A DNA stretch of 64,000 nucleotides, from the NCBI GenBank assembly GCA_016212925.1, contig JACRDF010000043.1, positions 13,726 through 77,725 of the forward strand, given 5' to 3'. Source of the DNA: Desulfomonile tiedjei (GTDB taxonomy: Bacteria; Desulfobacterota; Desulfomonilia; Desulfomonilales; Desulfomonilaceae). Positions 37,948 through 46,610 of the stretch are shown here, one piece after another. Every line of letters begins with the position of its first letter. The stretch's first letter is position 1. The position numbers and the translations under genes are program-made. A model generated the notes under the pieces. That model ran no database searches. It was not told the DNA's origin and saw only the letters and a program-made list of their open reading frames with translations.

Positions 37948-39603
37948 ATGGCAAGAGTCGTCGTTGACCCCATCCCGAGAATCGAGGGTCACCTGCGCAT
38001 AGAGGTAGAAATTCAGAATGGCAAGGTGAAAGACGCCTGGAGTAGCGGGACTCTCTTCAGGGGCCTTGAGATCATCCTCCAGGGCAGAGACCCGAGAGAT
38101 GCTCACCTGCTTACGCAGCGTTCATGCGGCGTTTGCACCTTGGTTCACTCACTGGCCGGCGTCAGGGCTGTTGAAGACGCGCTTAAGATTCAAATCCCGC
38201 CCAACGCCAGAATAGTCCGTAACCTCACCCATGCGGCGCAGAACATGCACGACCATCCGGTGCATTTCTATCAGTTGTGTGCGCTTGACTGGGTCGACGT
38301 GGTGTCCGCTCTGAAGGCGGAACCCGGTAAGACCGCGGACCTGTCCAACGCGGTCAGTGGCCGCCCGCAGAGCAAGAAGTATTACGAGGGGCTTAAGGGC
38401 AAACTCAAGGCCTTTGTGGACTCCGGCCAACTGGGTCCCTTTGCCAACGCCTATTGGGGCCACCCGGATTACAAGCTCCCGCCTGAAGCCAACCTCATGG
38501 CGGTGGGACATTATCTGGACAACCTTCGCCAACAGGTCCATGCCGCGCAGATGACTGCCATCTGGGGAGCGAAGAACCCCCACCTCCAGGGCCACCTCCC
38601 GGGCGGCGTCACAGTCATCCAACAGCTCGATGCGGACCGCATCGCGCACTATCTGTACATGCTCAAAGAGCAGATAGCTTTCATCGAGGAAGTCTACATC
38701 CCCGACCTGCTTGCAGTGGCCGGCTTCTACAAGCACTGGGCGAAAATCGGTGGAAACAAGAACTTCCTCGCGTTCGGCGACTTCGCTGAAGGCGACAAAG
38801 AACCCGAGACCTTCTACTTCCCGAGAGGGGCCATCCTCAACGGCGAACTGAAGCTGGCGCCTGTGGATGTGTCGAAGATCACCGAAGACGTGTCACACGC
38901 ATGGTATGAGGGTGACAAGCCTCTGCATCCTTCCGTAGGCGAAACCAAGCCGCTGATGGGTGACGCGCTCAAGGGCGCCAAGCCTGACACAAATGGCAAG
39001 TACACCTGGCTCAAGGCCCCCAGGTACGAGGACAAGGTCATGGAAGTCGGTCCTCTGGCTCAGTGCCTGGTTTCCTATGTCGGTGGAAACAAGGAAATCA
39101 AAGAAAACGTGGACGGGGCCCTCAAGAAGCTGCAAGTCGGTCCCGACGCGCTGTTCTCCACCCTCGGCCGGTTGGCGGCCCGCGGCATTAAGTGCCTGGT
39201 CAATGCCAAGAGAGCCGAAAAGTGGACCATGGATCTAATCGAGAACATCAAGAAGGGTGACACCAAGACCTTTACCTCGTACAAGCTTGACGAGAGCACA
39301 AGCGGTATGGGAGCCGGTCTGGCCGACGTGGCTCGTGGCAGCCTCGGGCATTGGATCAATATCGAGAAGGGCAAAATCAAGAACTACCAGCAAGTTGTTC
39401 CTTCCACCTGGAACCTTGGACCGGCTGATGCCAAAGGCCAGAAAGGTCCTGTGGAAAACGCCCTGATCGGTACGCCTGTGGCAGATCCCAAGAAACCGCT
39501 TGAGATTCTCCGCACGGTCCATTCGTTCGACCCGTGCATCGCGTGCGCGGTCCACGTGATTGATCCGCACACCAACGAAGTTTACAAGTTCCGCGTTTCC
39601 TGA
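37948..39603 (+). CDS. Periplasmic [NiFe] hydrogenase large subunit
   Basis: N-terminal RIEGHLRIEVE...RSCGVCTLVHSLAGVRAVE (the L1 RxCGxC motif). C-terminal DPCIACAVHVIDPHTNEVYKFRVS (the DPCxxC L2 motif, with a cleavable C-terminal extension). Confidence 0.9.
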   Translation: MARVVVDPIPRIEGHLRIEVEIQNGKVKDAWSSGTLFRGLEIILQGRDPRDAHLLTQRSCGVCTLVHSLAGVRAVEDALKIQIPPNARIVRNLTHAAQNMHDHPVHFYQLCALDWVDVVSALKAEPGKTADLSNAVSGRPQSKKYYEGLKGKLKAFVDSGQLGPFANAYWGHPDYKLPPEANLMAVGHYLDNLRQQVHAAQMTAIWGAKNPHLQGHLPGGVTVIQQLDADRIAHYLYMLKEQIAFIEEVYIPDLLAVAGFYKHWAKIGGNKNFLAFGDFAEGDKEPETFYFPRGAILNGELKLAPVDVSKITEDVSHAWYEGDKPLHPSVGETKPLMGDALKGAKPDTNGKYTWLKAPRYEDKVMEVGPLAQCLVSYVGGNKEIKENVDGALKKLQVGPDALFSTLGRLAARGIKCLVNAKRAEKWTMDLIENIKKGDTKTFTSYKLDESTSGMGAGLADVARGSLGHWINIEKGKIKNYQQVVPSTWNLGPADAKGQKGPVENALIGTPVADPKKPLEILRTVHSFDPCIACAVHVIDPHTNEVYKFRVS

Positions 39604-39620
39604 TTTTAGGGGAGTTGTGA

Positions 39621-39652
39621 AGCCCGCGGGCGGCCAAATGGCCGCCCGTTTT
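39621..39652 (+). terminator. Rho-independent terminator after the hydrogenase operon
   Basis: cccgcgggcggccaaatggccgcccg forms a GC-rich stem-loop and is followed by tttttttt. Confidence 0.6.
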
Positions 39653-39774
39653 TTTTGGACCGTCTGGATACTCGCGCGGTTTCGAGTTGCAGCAAATGTC
39701 AAAGACAGTGTTTGATTACGAAAAGCGCCTCTTATACGGGTTCGCTTTCAAACGGTGAGGATGACTTATGGTAG

Positions 39775-39950
39775 TTGTCAAATTTTTGTCCGTTTCGGGG
39801 GAACTCCATTCCGTCATTCCTGCGGAGGCAGGAATCCAGTCCCGCGTCTCGCTGGATTCCCTGGGTTCCCGCCTTCGCGGGAACGACGGGGTGTGCAAAG
39901 CAGAAATGGCAGGAGGGCCGTCGGGGGCCAACGGACATCAATTTTGGCAA
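39775..39950. mobile_element. MITE-like non-autonomous element, copy 1 (short variant), with ~25 bp imperfect terminal inverted repeats (ttgtcaaatttttgtccgtttcgg ... ccaacggacatcaattttggcaa)
   Basis: It shares the TIRs, the actccattccgtcattcctgcggaggcaggaatcc module and the ttcccgccttcgcgggaacgacgg module with 45493-45700 and 61923-62160. No ORF lies inside. Confidence 0.55.
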
Positions 39951-39957
39951 TTACCAT

Positions 39958-39989
39958 GGGTCCAAATCACCACTGACCTGGTGCCCAGG
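39958..39989. repeat. Palindromic hairpin repeat caccactgacctgg(n3)ccaggtcagtggcac, also at 55508-55544
   Basis: A perfect ~14 bp inverted repeat, seen twice in the window in intergenic DNA. Confidence 0.4.
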
Positions 39990-40296
39990 TCAGTGGCACC
40001 CAACAGCCAATCAGGTGCCGGCCCTCGTGCCGGCACCTTTTTAGGATACCAATCAATCACGCCTAGGGCGTGACCTGGCAGGGACCCCGGATCGCGGTCC
40101 GGGGCAGGCTCTGGGCCCTACCGAGTTCTCTGAGCGCCGGCAGTTCCAAAGGTCAGAATTTGTGCCAACTGGCATGATTTAGTTAATAAGTTTTGTAATA
40201 ACAGATAATAATCAATGGAACATAAATTTTGTATGATGGTCTAACTTTAATGACGGATGATTATGATGGTTATTATTTAAGGATCTGGAGACTACC

Positions 40297-40491
40297 ATGC
40301 CATCGGCCTTTCGTGAATTTTGCCATACCTACGAGGAATTCAAGGAAAAATTTCCCCGCCATCCACTCGTGGAAGAACTGCGCGGCCGTATTTGTTGCGG
40401 GAAATACCCCAGTAAAGAATGGCTGAAAGCCAACACAAAGAAAATGAGGGACTTGATGGCGCCCCTCTGGCTAAGAGCCGATCAAGGCTGA
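40297..40491 (+). CDS. Small hypothetical protein (64 aa) behind a strongly AT-rich promoter-like region
   Basis: A GGAG RBS lies 6 nt before the ATG. The sequence is MPSAFREFCHTYEEFKEKFPRHPLVEELRGRICCGKYPSKEW.... It is preceded by ~120 nt of roughly 75% AT. I see no homology, so confidence is low. Confidence 0.3.
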   Translation: MPSAFREFCHTYEEFKEKFPRHPLVEELRGRICCGKYPSKEWLKANTKKMRDLMAPLWLRADQG

Positions 40492-40713
40492 AGAGCTTTC
40501 ACCGCAGAGGCCGCGGAGATCGCGGAATAGGGCCACGGCATGCGGCGCCCCTACATCTGCGTGCCTACTGCGGTGAAACACCATTCCGGAACTTCCCCGT
40601 TTACATGAAGAGCGGCCGGTCATAAGAGGATTTGCTGGACAGGACGCCCGTGCGGGCTATATGGTCTTATCCCACGGCGCGGCACGGAAGCGAGAATGGC
40701 TCGGGTATGATCT

Positions 40714-41700
40714 ATGTCCGGAATTCTTAACAAAGGAGAAACGCAAAACGGGAAGGCTGTCCCAGCCGACCGCGGGGGAAGGGTTGCACGCGCGGTCCTG
40801 GGATATGGGATTGTGGTAGCGTTCATCGGCTTGAGCGCGTACTACGTGTACGCCAACCGCCAGGATTTTGCTTTCGTGGCTTCGATTTCCTTGCCGGAGG
40901 CAGTCGCCGCGGGATTCTTGATTCTGGCATGCTACGTGATAAACGCGTACCAAATGAACGCGTTCTTAAATCATTTTGGGCTTTCGCTGCACTATTTGGA
41001 GTTGATGGCGCTCACCGCGGGGATGCTTCTCGGGAACCTCATAATGCCGATGCGAGGGGGTTCCGGCGGACTCGCTTTGTATCTGAAGAAGGTCCACGGG
41101 TTGGATTTCCAGGCGTTTGCGGCAATCTACGCCGGCACCGCTGTGCTGGTGGCTCTAATAAACAGCGCCCTGGCCATTGTCGCGCTCATAGCCCTGGGTT
41201 GGATTCATGGATTTATTCATCCGGCCCTGACCGTCATTGTGGTGGCGCTTTTCGTTTTTTGCCTGTACCTGAGCTTGTTTCCTCCTCCTGTAAAGCGTGA
41301 GATGACCGGCCTGTTGGGACTGGTCCTCCAAGCGGCGCATTCTTGGCACCTCCTGACAAGAGATCGCCGGCTGCTTTTTTCGCTGGCTTGCTCTTTGCTT
41401 GTCATTGCCTTTGCTCTGGCGGCCGCTTTTTATCTTATCTATAGGGCTCTGGGGATGCCGTTGTCGGCCTCCGCTGTGCTTGTAACGTCGAGCCTCGGCA
41501 ACGTGGCCAATCTGATACCAATTACCCCGGGGTCTTTAGGTATTTTCGACGCGGTGGTCATCCAGGTGCCTCAAATGTTCGGATTGGACCCCGCGCGATC
41601 TTTGGCCGCCACATTGGTGTTTCGCGTTCTATCTTTTTTCTGGGCGTTTGCTTTGGGAATACCGGGCCTGGCATACATCGTGAGACTTGGCCGCAGATGA
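40714..41700 (+). CDS. Polytopic membrane protein of the UPF0104 / lysylphosphatidylglycerol-synthase-TM-like (flippase-like) family
   Basis: Eight or so TM helices, a Gly-rich loop (PMRGGSGGLALYL) and the NVANLIPITPGSLGIFDAVV motif characteristic of this family. Confidence 0.6.
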   Translation: MSGILNKGETQNGKAVPADRGGRVARAVLGYGIVVAFIGLSAYYVYANRQDFAFVASISLPEAVAAGFLILACYVINAYQMNAFLNHFGLSLHYLELMALTAGMLLGNLIMPMRGGSGGLALYLKKVHGLDFQAFAAIYAGTAVLVALINSALAIVALIALGWIHGFIHPALTVIVVALFVFCLYLSLFPPPVKREMTGLLGLVLQAAHSWHLLTRDRRLLFSLACSLLVIAFALAAAFYLIYRALGMPLSASAVLVTSSLGNVANLIPITPGSLGIFDAVVIQVPQMFGLDPARSLAATLVFRVLSFFWAFALGIPGLAYIVRLGRR

Positions 41701-41773
41701 AAGGCAAGGGGCTTCGGATTGTTGGCGGCTGGCGTGGCCAATGACAAGTGTATTGGCCTGGATAGCATCGGTT

Positions 41774-42052
41774 CTAGATAATCAGGATAGGCTTTGGTTC
41801 TTCCTTCACGATTTTGTCGCCCACCGACGTGCCGCAGCGGGCGCACAGATATTCGTACTTTTCGCCTTCGGGAAGTATTAGCAGCAACCGCTCTCTAACA
41901 GGCATGGACCTTTGGCACTTCGGGCAATACAATTCGGTGGCGCGGAAGTTCTCAAATTCTCGTTTCTTTGGTTTACCGGCTCCTCGAGGAATCCCCAATT
42001 GCTGCTTCCGGTAATTTGGCATGGCCCCTCCTCGGGTATCTGGTTCTGGCAA
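41774..42052 (-). CDS. Small zinc-ribbon protein (CPKC...CARC), hypothetical
   Basis: Two CxxC pairs (YCPKCQRS, LCARCGTS) and a basic N-terminus. Confidence 0.35.
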   Translation of the reverse strand: MPEPDTRGGAMPNYRKQQLGIPRGAGKPKKREFENFRATELYCPKCQRSMPVRERLLLILPEGEKYEYLCARCGTSVGDKIVKEEPKPILII

Positions 42053-42198
42053 CTTCCTGTTGTAGGCAGCCTTGATAATACTTTATCTAAGATGCCAACG
42101 ACCAGCCAAAAGGTCAAACTATCATGACGACCAATGCTGACTGCGCCTTGTGATGATTGATTGAGAACATTGGGTCATGTAATGAGTGGACTGTTTTT

Positions 42199-42290
42199 GT
42201 TGGGCAGGCCTTCCAGCCTGCCGTCGGTGAGACTCTAGTTTAGGCAGGCTGGAAAGCCTGCCCCACAACTGCCTGCCATCACGACAATGA
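42199..42290. repeat. Repeat family D, copy 2
   Basis: ttgggcaggccttccagcctgcc...taggcaggctggaaagcctgccccacaa versus 24323-24407. Confidence 0.45.
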
Positions 42291-42349
42291 CGCTCACTTC
42301 CTCCATAACTCGATGGGTAATGAATAATTAATGTTATTCTTGACATTAT

Positions 42350-42379
42350 GCTTACTTTAGTGCTATTATTGTATTAAAT
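42350..42379 (+). promoter_or_regulatory. Sigma70-like promoter TTGACA-N18-TGcTATTAT (extended -10) for the Cys-rich small-protein gene
   Basis: ttgaca at 42350-42355 and tattat at 42374-42379, with TG two nt upstream. It sits in a roughly 100 nt stretch of ~75% AT. Confidence 0.4.
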
Positions 42380-42437
42380 TTATTGAGTTTATCTTACGGA
42401 TGAAACAGGCTGCCGGGTTTCATCCCTGGAGATTGCA

Positions 42438-42743
42438 ATGAAACGATTGATCTGTATCCTGCTCTTTTCAAGTATGGTTGCGCTGGTATGGGCCCCGTTG
42501 GGAAACTGTTTCGCTGTGTTCACCTTCGGATGTCAGCGCGATGCCGAATGCTTTAATCAATTTTATTCAGCGCCTTGCCTTTTTCCGCCAGTGCTCAATC
42601 CATGTGCCGTTCCATGCCGGCCTCCCGCGTTTCAGCCCCAGGCGGTGACTTGCGCCTTTGACACGGCATGCCCGTCGGTGAAGTTGCCTTGCCACGGAGT
42701 CGCATACGGCCGTAACCCATATCCGATTTTCAGGGTTCGCTGA
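42438..42743 (+). CDS. Small secreted cysteine-rich protein (101 aa; signal peptide plus 10 Cys in the mature part)
   Basis: Signal peptide MKRLICILLFSSMVALVWAPLGNCFA. The mature region is CQRDAECFNQFYSAPCLFPPVLNPCAVPCRPPAFQPQAVTCAFDTACPSVKLPCHG. Confidence 0.45.
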   Translation: MKRLICILLFSSMVALVWAPLGNCFAVFTFGCQRDAECFNQFYSAPCLFPPVLNPCAVPCRPPAFQPQAVTCAFDTACPSVKLPCHGVAYGRNPYPIFRVR

Positions 42744-42939
42744 CAGGCCCTTGGCATGATAAAACGGCCTCCACAGGGGGCCGAAAACTACGGGGAGAAC
42801 CTTTGCTGCAAAAAGGTTCTCCCCGTAATTTATTGGTTGCATGTTTTCGGTGCTTGCACGACAGTACGCTTCATGCCGATCCGCAATCTAACGAAAAACC
42901 TAGCGGTAATACCGATGCGCTATCAAAGAGGTGATATCC

Positions 42940-43025
42940 GGATCTGGTCCGTATCAATAAATCCCCCCACCCCCCCTTTCGGAAAGGGGGGTAATGCCCT
43001 GACTTCCCCCCTTTTTTAAAGGGGG
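42940..43025. other. Pair of homopolymer C6-7/G6-7 hairpins (cccccctttcggaaagggggg; cctgacttccccccttttttaaaggggggtcagg); candidate bidirectional terminator / structural element
   Basis: The perfect C-run/G-run stems are read directly from the sequence. They lie between convergent or unrelated genes. Confidence 0.3.
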
Positions 43026-43162
43026 GTCAGGAGGGATTTTGACGGTCGACCATAAATCTACTCCCACCTAGATCACTTCTTTGACCTCGAACTGGTATAG
43101 GGTAGCGCCAAACCGCTTGCGCAGATCAGTGCCGGACAAAATGGGCACCCAAATCCCTTTCT

Positions 43163-44497
43163 TTGAGCGCGAGTCGGTATTGGATGAGGAGACTGGTATT
43201 GAAACGCAAAACCGGGCGGCTCGAAAGCAGGCGCGACTTTCTCAAGAAAGTCGGGCTCGCGGGAACAGCTTTCGCAATGACATCTGCGTTGTCGCCTGGC
43301 CCTGTCGCCAGGGCTTCCAAGAGACGAGACCACATCCTGGTCGGCCTGCCCAACCCATCCACAGGACCTCTCGCTGACTTCGGAGAAGCCTCCCCTTGGG
43401 CCAATGAACGGGCCCTGGCAGCAATCAATGGCCGAGGCGGAATTTATGTCGAAGAGCATGGCAAGAAATTGCCCGTCCGAATGAAGATGGTCGACACCGA
43501 GAGTGATCCGACCAGAGCGGGTGAAGTCGCGGTGAAGCTGATCCTCCAGGATCAAATAGACCTCATGGTTGTCCTGCACACGCCGGATACGGTCAATCCG
43601 GTGGCCGCGATTTGCGAGCGTTATGGGATGCCGTGCATCTCGCTGGACGCACCGGTGGAGGCGTGGATGACAGGAGGTCCTTACAAGTGGTGTTACCATG
43701 CGTTCTGGACAGTTGATGCCCTGACGGACCTCTACATCGGCATGTGGGATTTGTGTGCAGATCGGACCAACAAAGTTGTGGGCGGCTTCTGGCCGAATGA
43801 TGCGGATGGCAAGGAATGGTCGGACCTGTTCAAGAAAAAGCTTCCCCCACGCGGATACAGAGTGATCGATCCGGGGAGATTTCCTCATTTCACGAGAGAT
43901 TACACCGGATTTGTCAACCTGTTCAAAAAGGAAAACGTAGAAATAGTCACGGGAGTCGTCATTCCCCCTGACTGGGCCGCGGCCTGGCGCCAGTGCAGGC
44001 AGTTGGGGTTCGTACCCAAGGTCGCTAGCATCGGCAAAGCAATTCTGTTTCCATCCGCGGTTCAGGCGATAGGCAGCGATCTAGCCGCGGGATTGACGTC
44101 GGAAGTCTGGTGGAGTCCTCATCATCCCTTCAAGTCGTCGCTGACCGGTGAGACTGCTGAGACACTCTGCGAAGCCTGGAGCAAAGAAACCGGCAAGCCC
44201 TGGACCCAGCCTATCGGTTTCAAATACGCGGCCCTTGAAATTGCTTTCGACGCTCTTTCACGCGCCGGCAGCCTGGACCGGGAAAAGATTCGGCAGGCTG
44301 TGGCCGCGACGGATATGGATACAATCGTGGGACACATCAAGTATAATGACAAACATTATGCCGAAACCCCGCTGGTGGGCGGCCAGTGGGTAAAAGGAAA
44401 AAGATGGCCGTGGGAGTTGGAAATTATCTACAATAAGGGACATCGAGAGATCCCGAAGACAGCCGAACTCATGTTCCCAATTCCTGTTAACCCCTGA
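43163..44497 (+). CDS. ABC transporter periplasmic substrate-binding protein (Leu/Ile/Val-binding, type-1 PBP family), Tat-type signal
   Basis: Signal SRRDFLKKVGLAGTAFAMTSALSPGPVARA. A type-1 PBP fold region is followed by matching ATPase and permease genes. Confidence 0.75.
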   Translation: MSASRYWMRRLVLKRKTGRLESRRDFLKKVGLAGTAFAMTSALSPGPVARASKRRDHILVGLPNPSTGPLADFGEASPWANERALAAINGRGGIYVEEHGKKLPVRMKMVDTESDPTRAGEVAVKLILQDQIDLMVVLHTPDTVNPVAAICERYGMPCISLDAPVEAWMTGGPYKWCYHAFWTVDALTDLYIGMWDLCADRTNKVVGGFWPNDADGKEWSDLFKKKLPPRGYRVIDPGRFPHFTRDYTGFVNLFKKENVEIVTGVVIPPDWAAAWRQCRQLGFVPKVASIGKAILFPSAVQAIGSDLAAGLTSEVWWSPHHPFKSSLTGETAETLCEAWSKETGKPWTQPIGFKYAALEIAFDALSRAGSLDREKIRQAVAATDMDTIVGHIKYNDKHYAETPLVGGQWVKGKRWPWELEIIYNKGHREIPKTAELMFPIPVNP

Positions 44498-44570
44498 CAA
44501 ACTGAAGGTAATCAGACCGCGGGCCGTGGCGGTTCCGGCCCGGCGTCCTTCACAATCCCGCCGTGTAAGC

Positions 44571-45293
44571 ATGACGGACATTTTAACGGTAAGCCATCTC
44601 ACCAAGGAATTCGGCCGCGTCAAAGCGGTGAACGACCTCTCTTTCCAGGTGGGGCGAGGGGCCCTGCTGGGCCTGGTCGGACCAAACGGAGCGGGTAAGA
44701 CCACTCTGTTCGACCTTTTGGCAGGGTGCTCGAAACCGGACCGGGGTTCCATTGCGCTGGACCGCGAGGATATTTCCGGCCAATCGCCTTCCGCCAGATC
44801 CAGGCTGGGGATTGGAAGGACATATCAGGTACCACGGCCTTTCCCCCGATTAACAGTGTACGAAAATGTCCTTGTACCCGTTACTCACGGCGGAGGTCTG
44901 AGTCAGCGAGAAGGCCGGTCCAAAGCCGAGGGTCTCCTGGAGCAGACCGGATTGTCCGGCAGAAAAAACGATTTCCCATCAGCCTTGAACTCGCTTGAAC
45001 GGAAGATGCTCGAACTGGCCCGAGCCCTTGGAGCGAGCCCGAGGCTGCTCTTACTGGACGAAATCGCCGGCGGAGTGACGGATGCCGAGTTGCAGCAGGT
45101 CCTGCGAATAGTCCGCCAATTGCATGAAACGGGCATAACGATCATCTGGGTGGAACATATACCGCGAATGATGGTGCACGGCGTGGAACGGCTGCTGGTG
45201 CTGTCAAACGGCAGAATGTTAGCTTCCGGCAACCCTCGTGATGTCATGGCTGCGCGAGAGGTGGTCGACGTGTATTTAGGCCTGGTGCCATAG
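44571..45293 (+). CDS. ABC transporter ATP-binding protein (LivG/LivF-like)
   Basis: Walker A GLVGPNGAGKTTLFDLLAG, signature LS...ERKMLELARAL, Walker B LLLLDE. The start is taken at MTDILTV. Confidence 0.85.
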   Translation: MTDILTVSHLTKEFGRVKAVNDLSFQVGRGALLGLVGPNGAGKTTLFDLLAGCSKPDRGSIALDREDISGQSPSARSRLGIGRTYQVPRPFPRLTVYENVLVPVTHGGGLSQREGRSKAEGLLEQTGLSGRKNDFPSALNSLERKMLELARALGASPRLLLLDEIAGGVTDAELQQVLRIVRQLHETGITIIWVEHIPRMMVHGVERLLVLSNGRMLASGNPRDVMAAREVVDVYLGLVP

Positions 45294-45492
45294 TAGCGGC
45301 TCCAGACGGCTCGATCTCCCTTTGGGAGAGGGCCGGGGTGAGGGCGACAAGAGCCAAACCATTGCTGGTCGTGCCACGAATTGGACTTCCTTCCGAGTCT
45401 TGAGACAGTTTCCATGGCTCATCCCTCCATGGAGCGCTGATCCGGCCCCGGGGAAACGTTACCCATGTCCGATTGTTGGGTCTTTATAGCGG

Positions 45493-45700
45493 TTGCCATA
45501 ATTTTTGTCCGATTGGCAAGCACTCCATTCCGTCATTCCTGCGGAGGCAGGAATCCAGGACCGCGTCTCGCGGGATTTCCTGGGTTCCCCCCTTCGCGGG
45601 AACGACGGGCGATATAACGCTCTTGAAAAGTAGGCTCCGCAGATACGATCTGAAGACCAGATTGATTATCTTCTGGCCAAACGGACATTACTTTTGGCAA
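45493..45700. mobile_element. MITE-like element, copy 2 (208 bp), inserted between the ABC ATPase gene and the permease genes
   Basis: TIRs ttgccataatttttgtccgattggcaa / ttggccaaacggacattacttttggcaa. Its internal modules are shared with copies 1 and 3. Confidence 0.55.
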
Positions 45701-45727
45701 CCGGTATAACTGACTTATCTTCAAGGA

Positions 45728-46606
45728 TTGCCCATGCAAGACCTTTTACAACCAATTTTGAACGGCATTCTGCTCGGCGGGCTATACGCGGCAGTGGCGG
45801 TCGGGTTGTCCATGATCTTCGGGGTTGTAAAGATGGTCAACCTGGCACACGGCGACCTGATGATCGTGGGAAGCTATCTGTGCCTGGTGTGTACGGGGAT
45901 GGCCGGAGTAAACCCACTACTTTCTATTGTCATTGTCGGCCCGGCCATGTTTGTTGTCGGCTTCCTTATGCAAAGATACCTGTTCAATCGAGTGCTGCAT
46001 CAAGGAATGGAGCCGCCTTTGATCGTGACTCTCGGGGTCTCGGTCATTTTACAGAATGCACTCTTGCTGGTCTTTTCCCCGGATGCCCGATCCCTGGCGA
46101 CTGACCTGTCAGTGCGCACAATCCGCGTTTCTGACACTCTGAGAGTGCCGGTTCCGTACCTCATAGGGTTTCTTGTGGGCATCATCACGATCGCTGCGCT
46201 GCACCGGTTTCTCAAGGGCACTAATCTGGGGAGAGCTATTCGGGCCGCTTCGGACGACGAGGGCGCCGCGCAGTTGATGGGTGTCGACACGGGCATCACT
46301 TACGCCTATGCGATGGGCATCGCTGCAATGACCGCGGCAATAGCTGGGATCCTGGTTGGCATGACATTCACTTTCTATCCTCATACCGGCCCGCAGTATC
46401 TCATCATAGCGTTTGGCGTTGTCATCATCGGTGGTGTGGGGAGTATGATTGGAACGCTCTTGGGAGGAATGATCCTGGGGCTGGCCCAGCTCCTCGGCGC
46501 GCATTTTTTAGGGCCGGGGTTTCAACTTTTGTCGGGCTACCTGGTCCTTCTTGTCGTATTGGCCTTGCGACCGCAGGGTATCTTCGGGAAAAGGGCCCAT
46601 AGGTAG
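45728..46606 (+). CDS. Branched-chain amino acid ABC transporter permease (LivH-like)
   Basis: 8-10 TM helices with LivH-like motifs (VVKMVNLAHGDLMIVGSY, IIGGVGSMIGTLLGG). Confidence 0.8.
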   Translation: MPMQDLLQPILNGILLGGLYAAVAVGLSMIFGVVKMVNLAHGDLMIVGSYLCLVCTGMAGVNPLLSIVIVGPAMFVVGFLMQRYLFNRVLHQGMEPPLIVTLGVSVILQNALLLVFSPDARSLATDLSVRTIRVSDTLRVPVPYLIGFLVGIITIAALHRFLKGTNLGRAIRAASDDEGAAQLMGVDTGITYAYAMGIAAMTAAIAGILVGMTFTFYPHTGPQYLIIAFGVVIIGGVGSMIGTLLGGMILGLAQLLGAHFLGPGFQLLSGYLVLLVVLALRPQGIFGKRAHR

Positions 46607-46610
46607 CGTC

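Noticed and set aside
43073-43888. 271 aa minus-strand ORF overlapping the start of the ABC substrate-binding protein gene
   Set aside because: It is antisense to a gene with a Tat signal and PBP fold, and I see no motifs in it.
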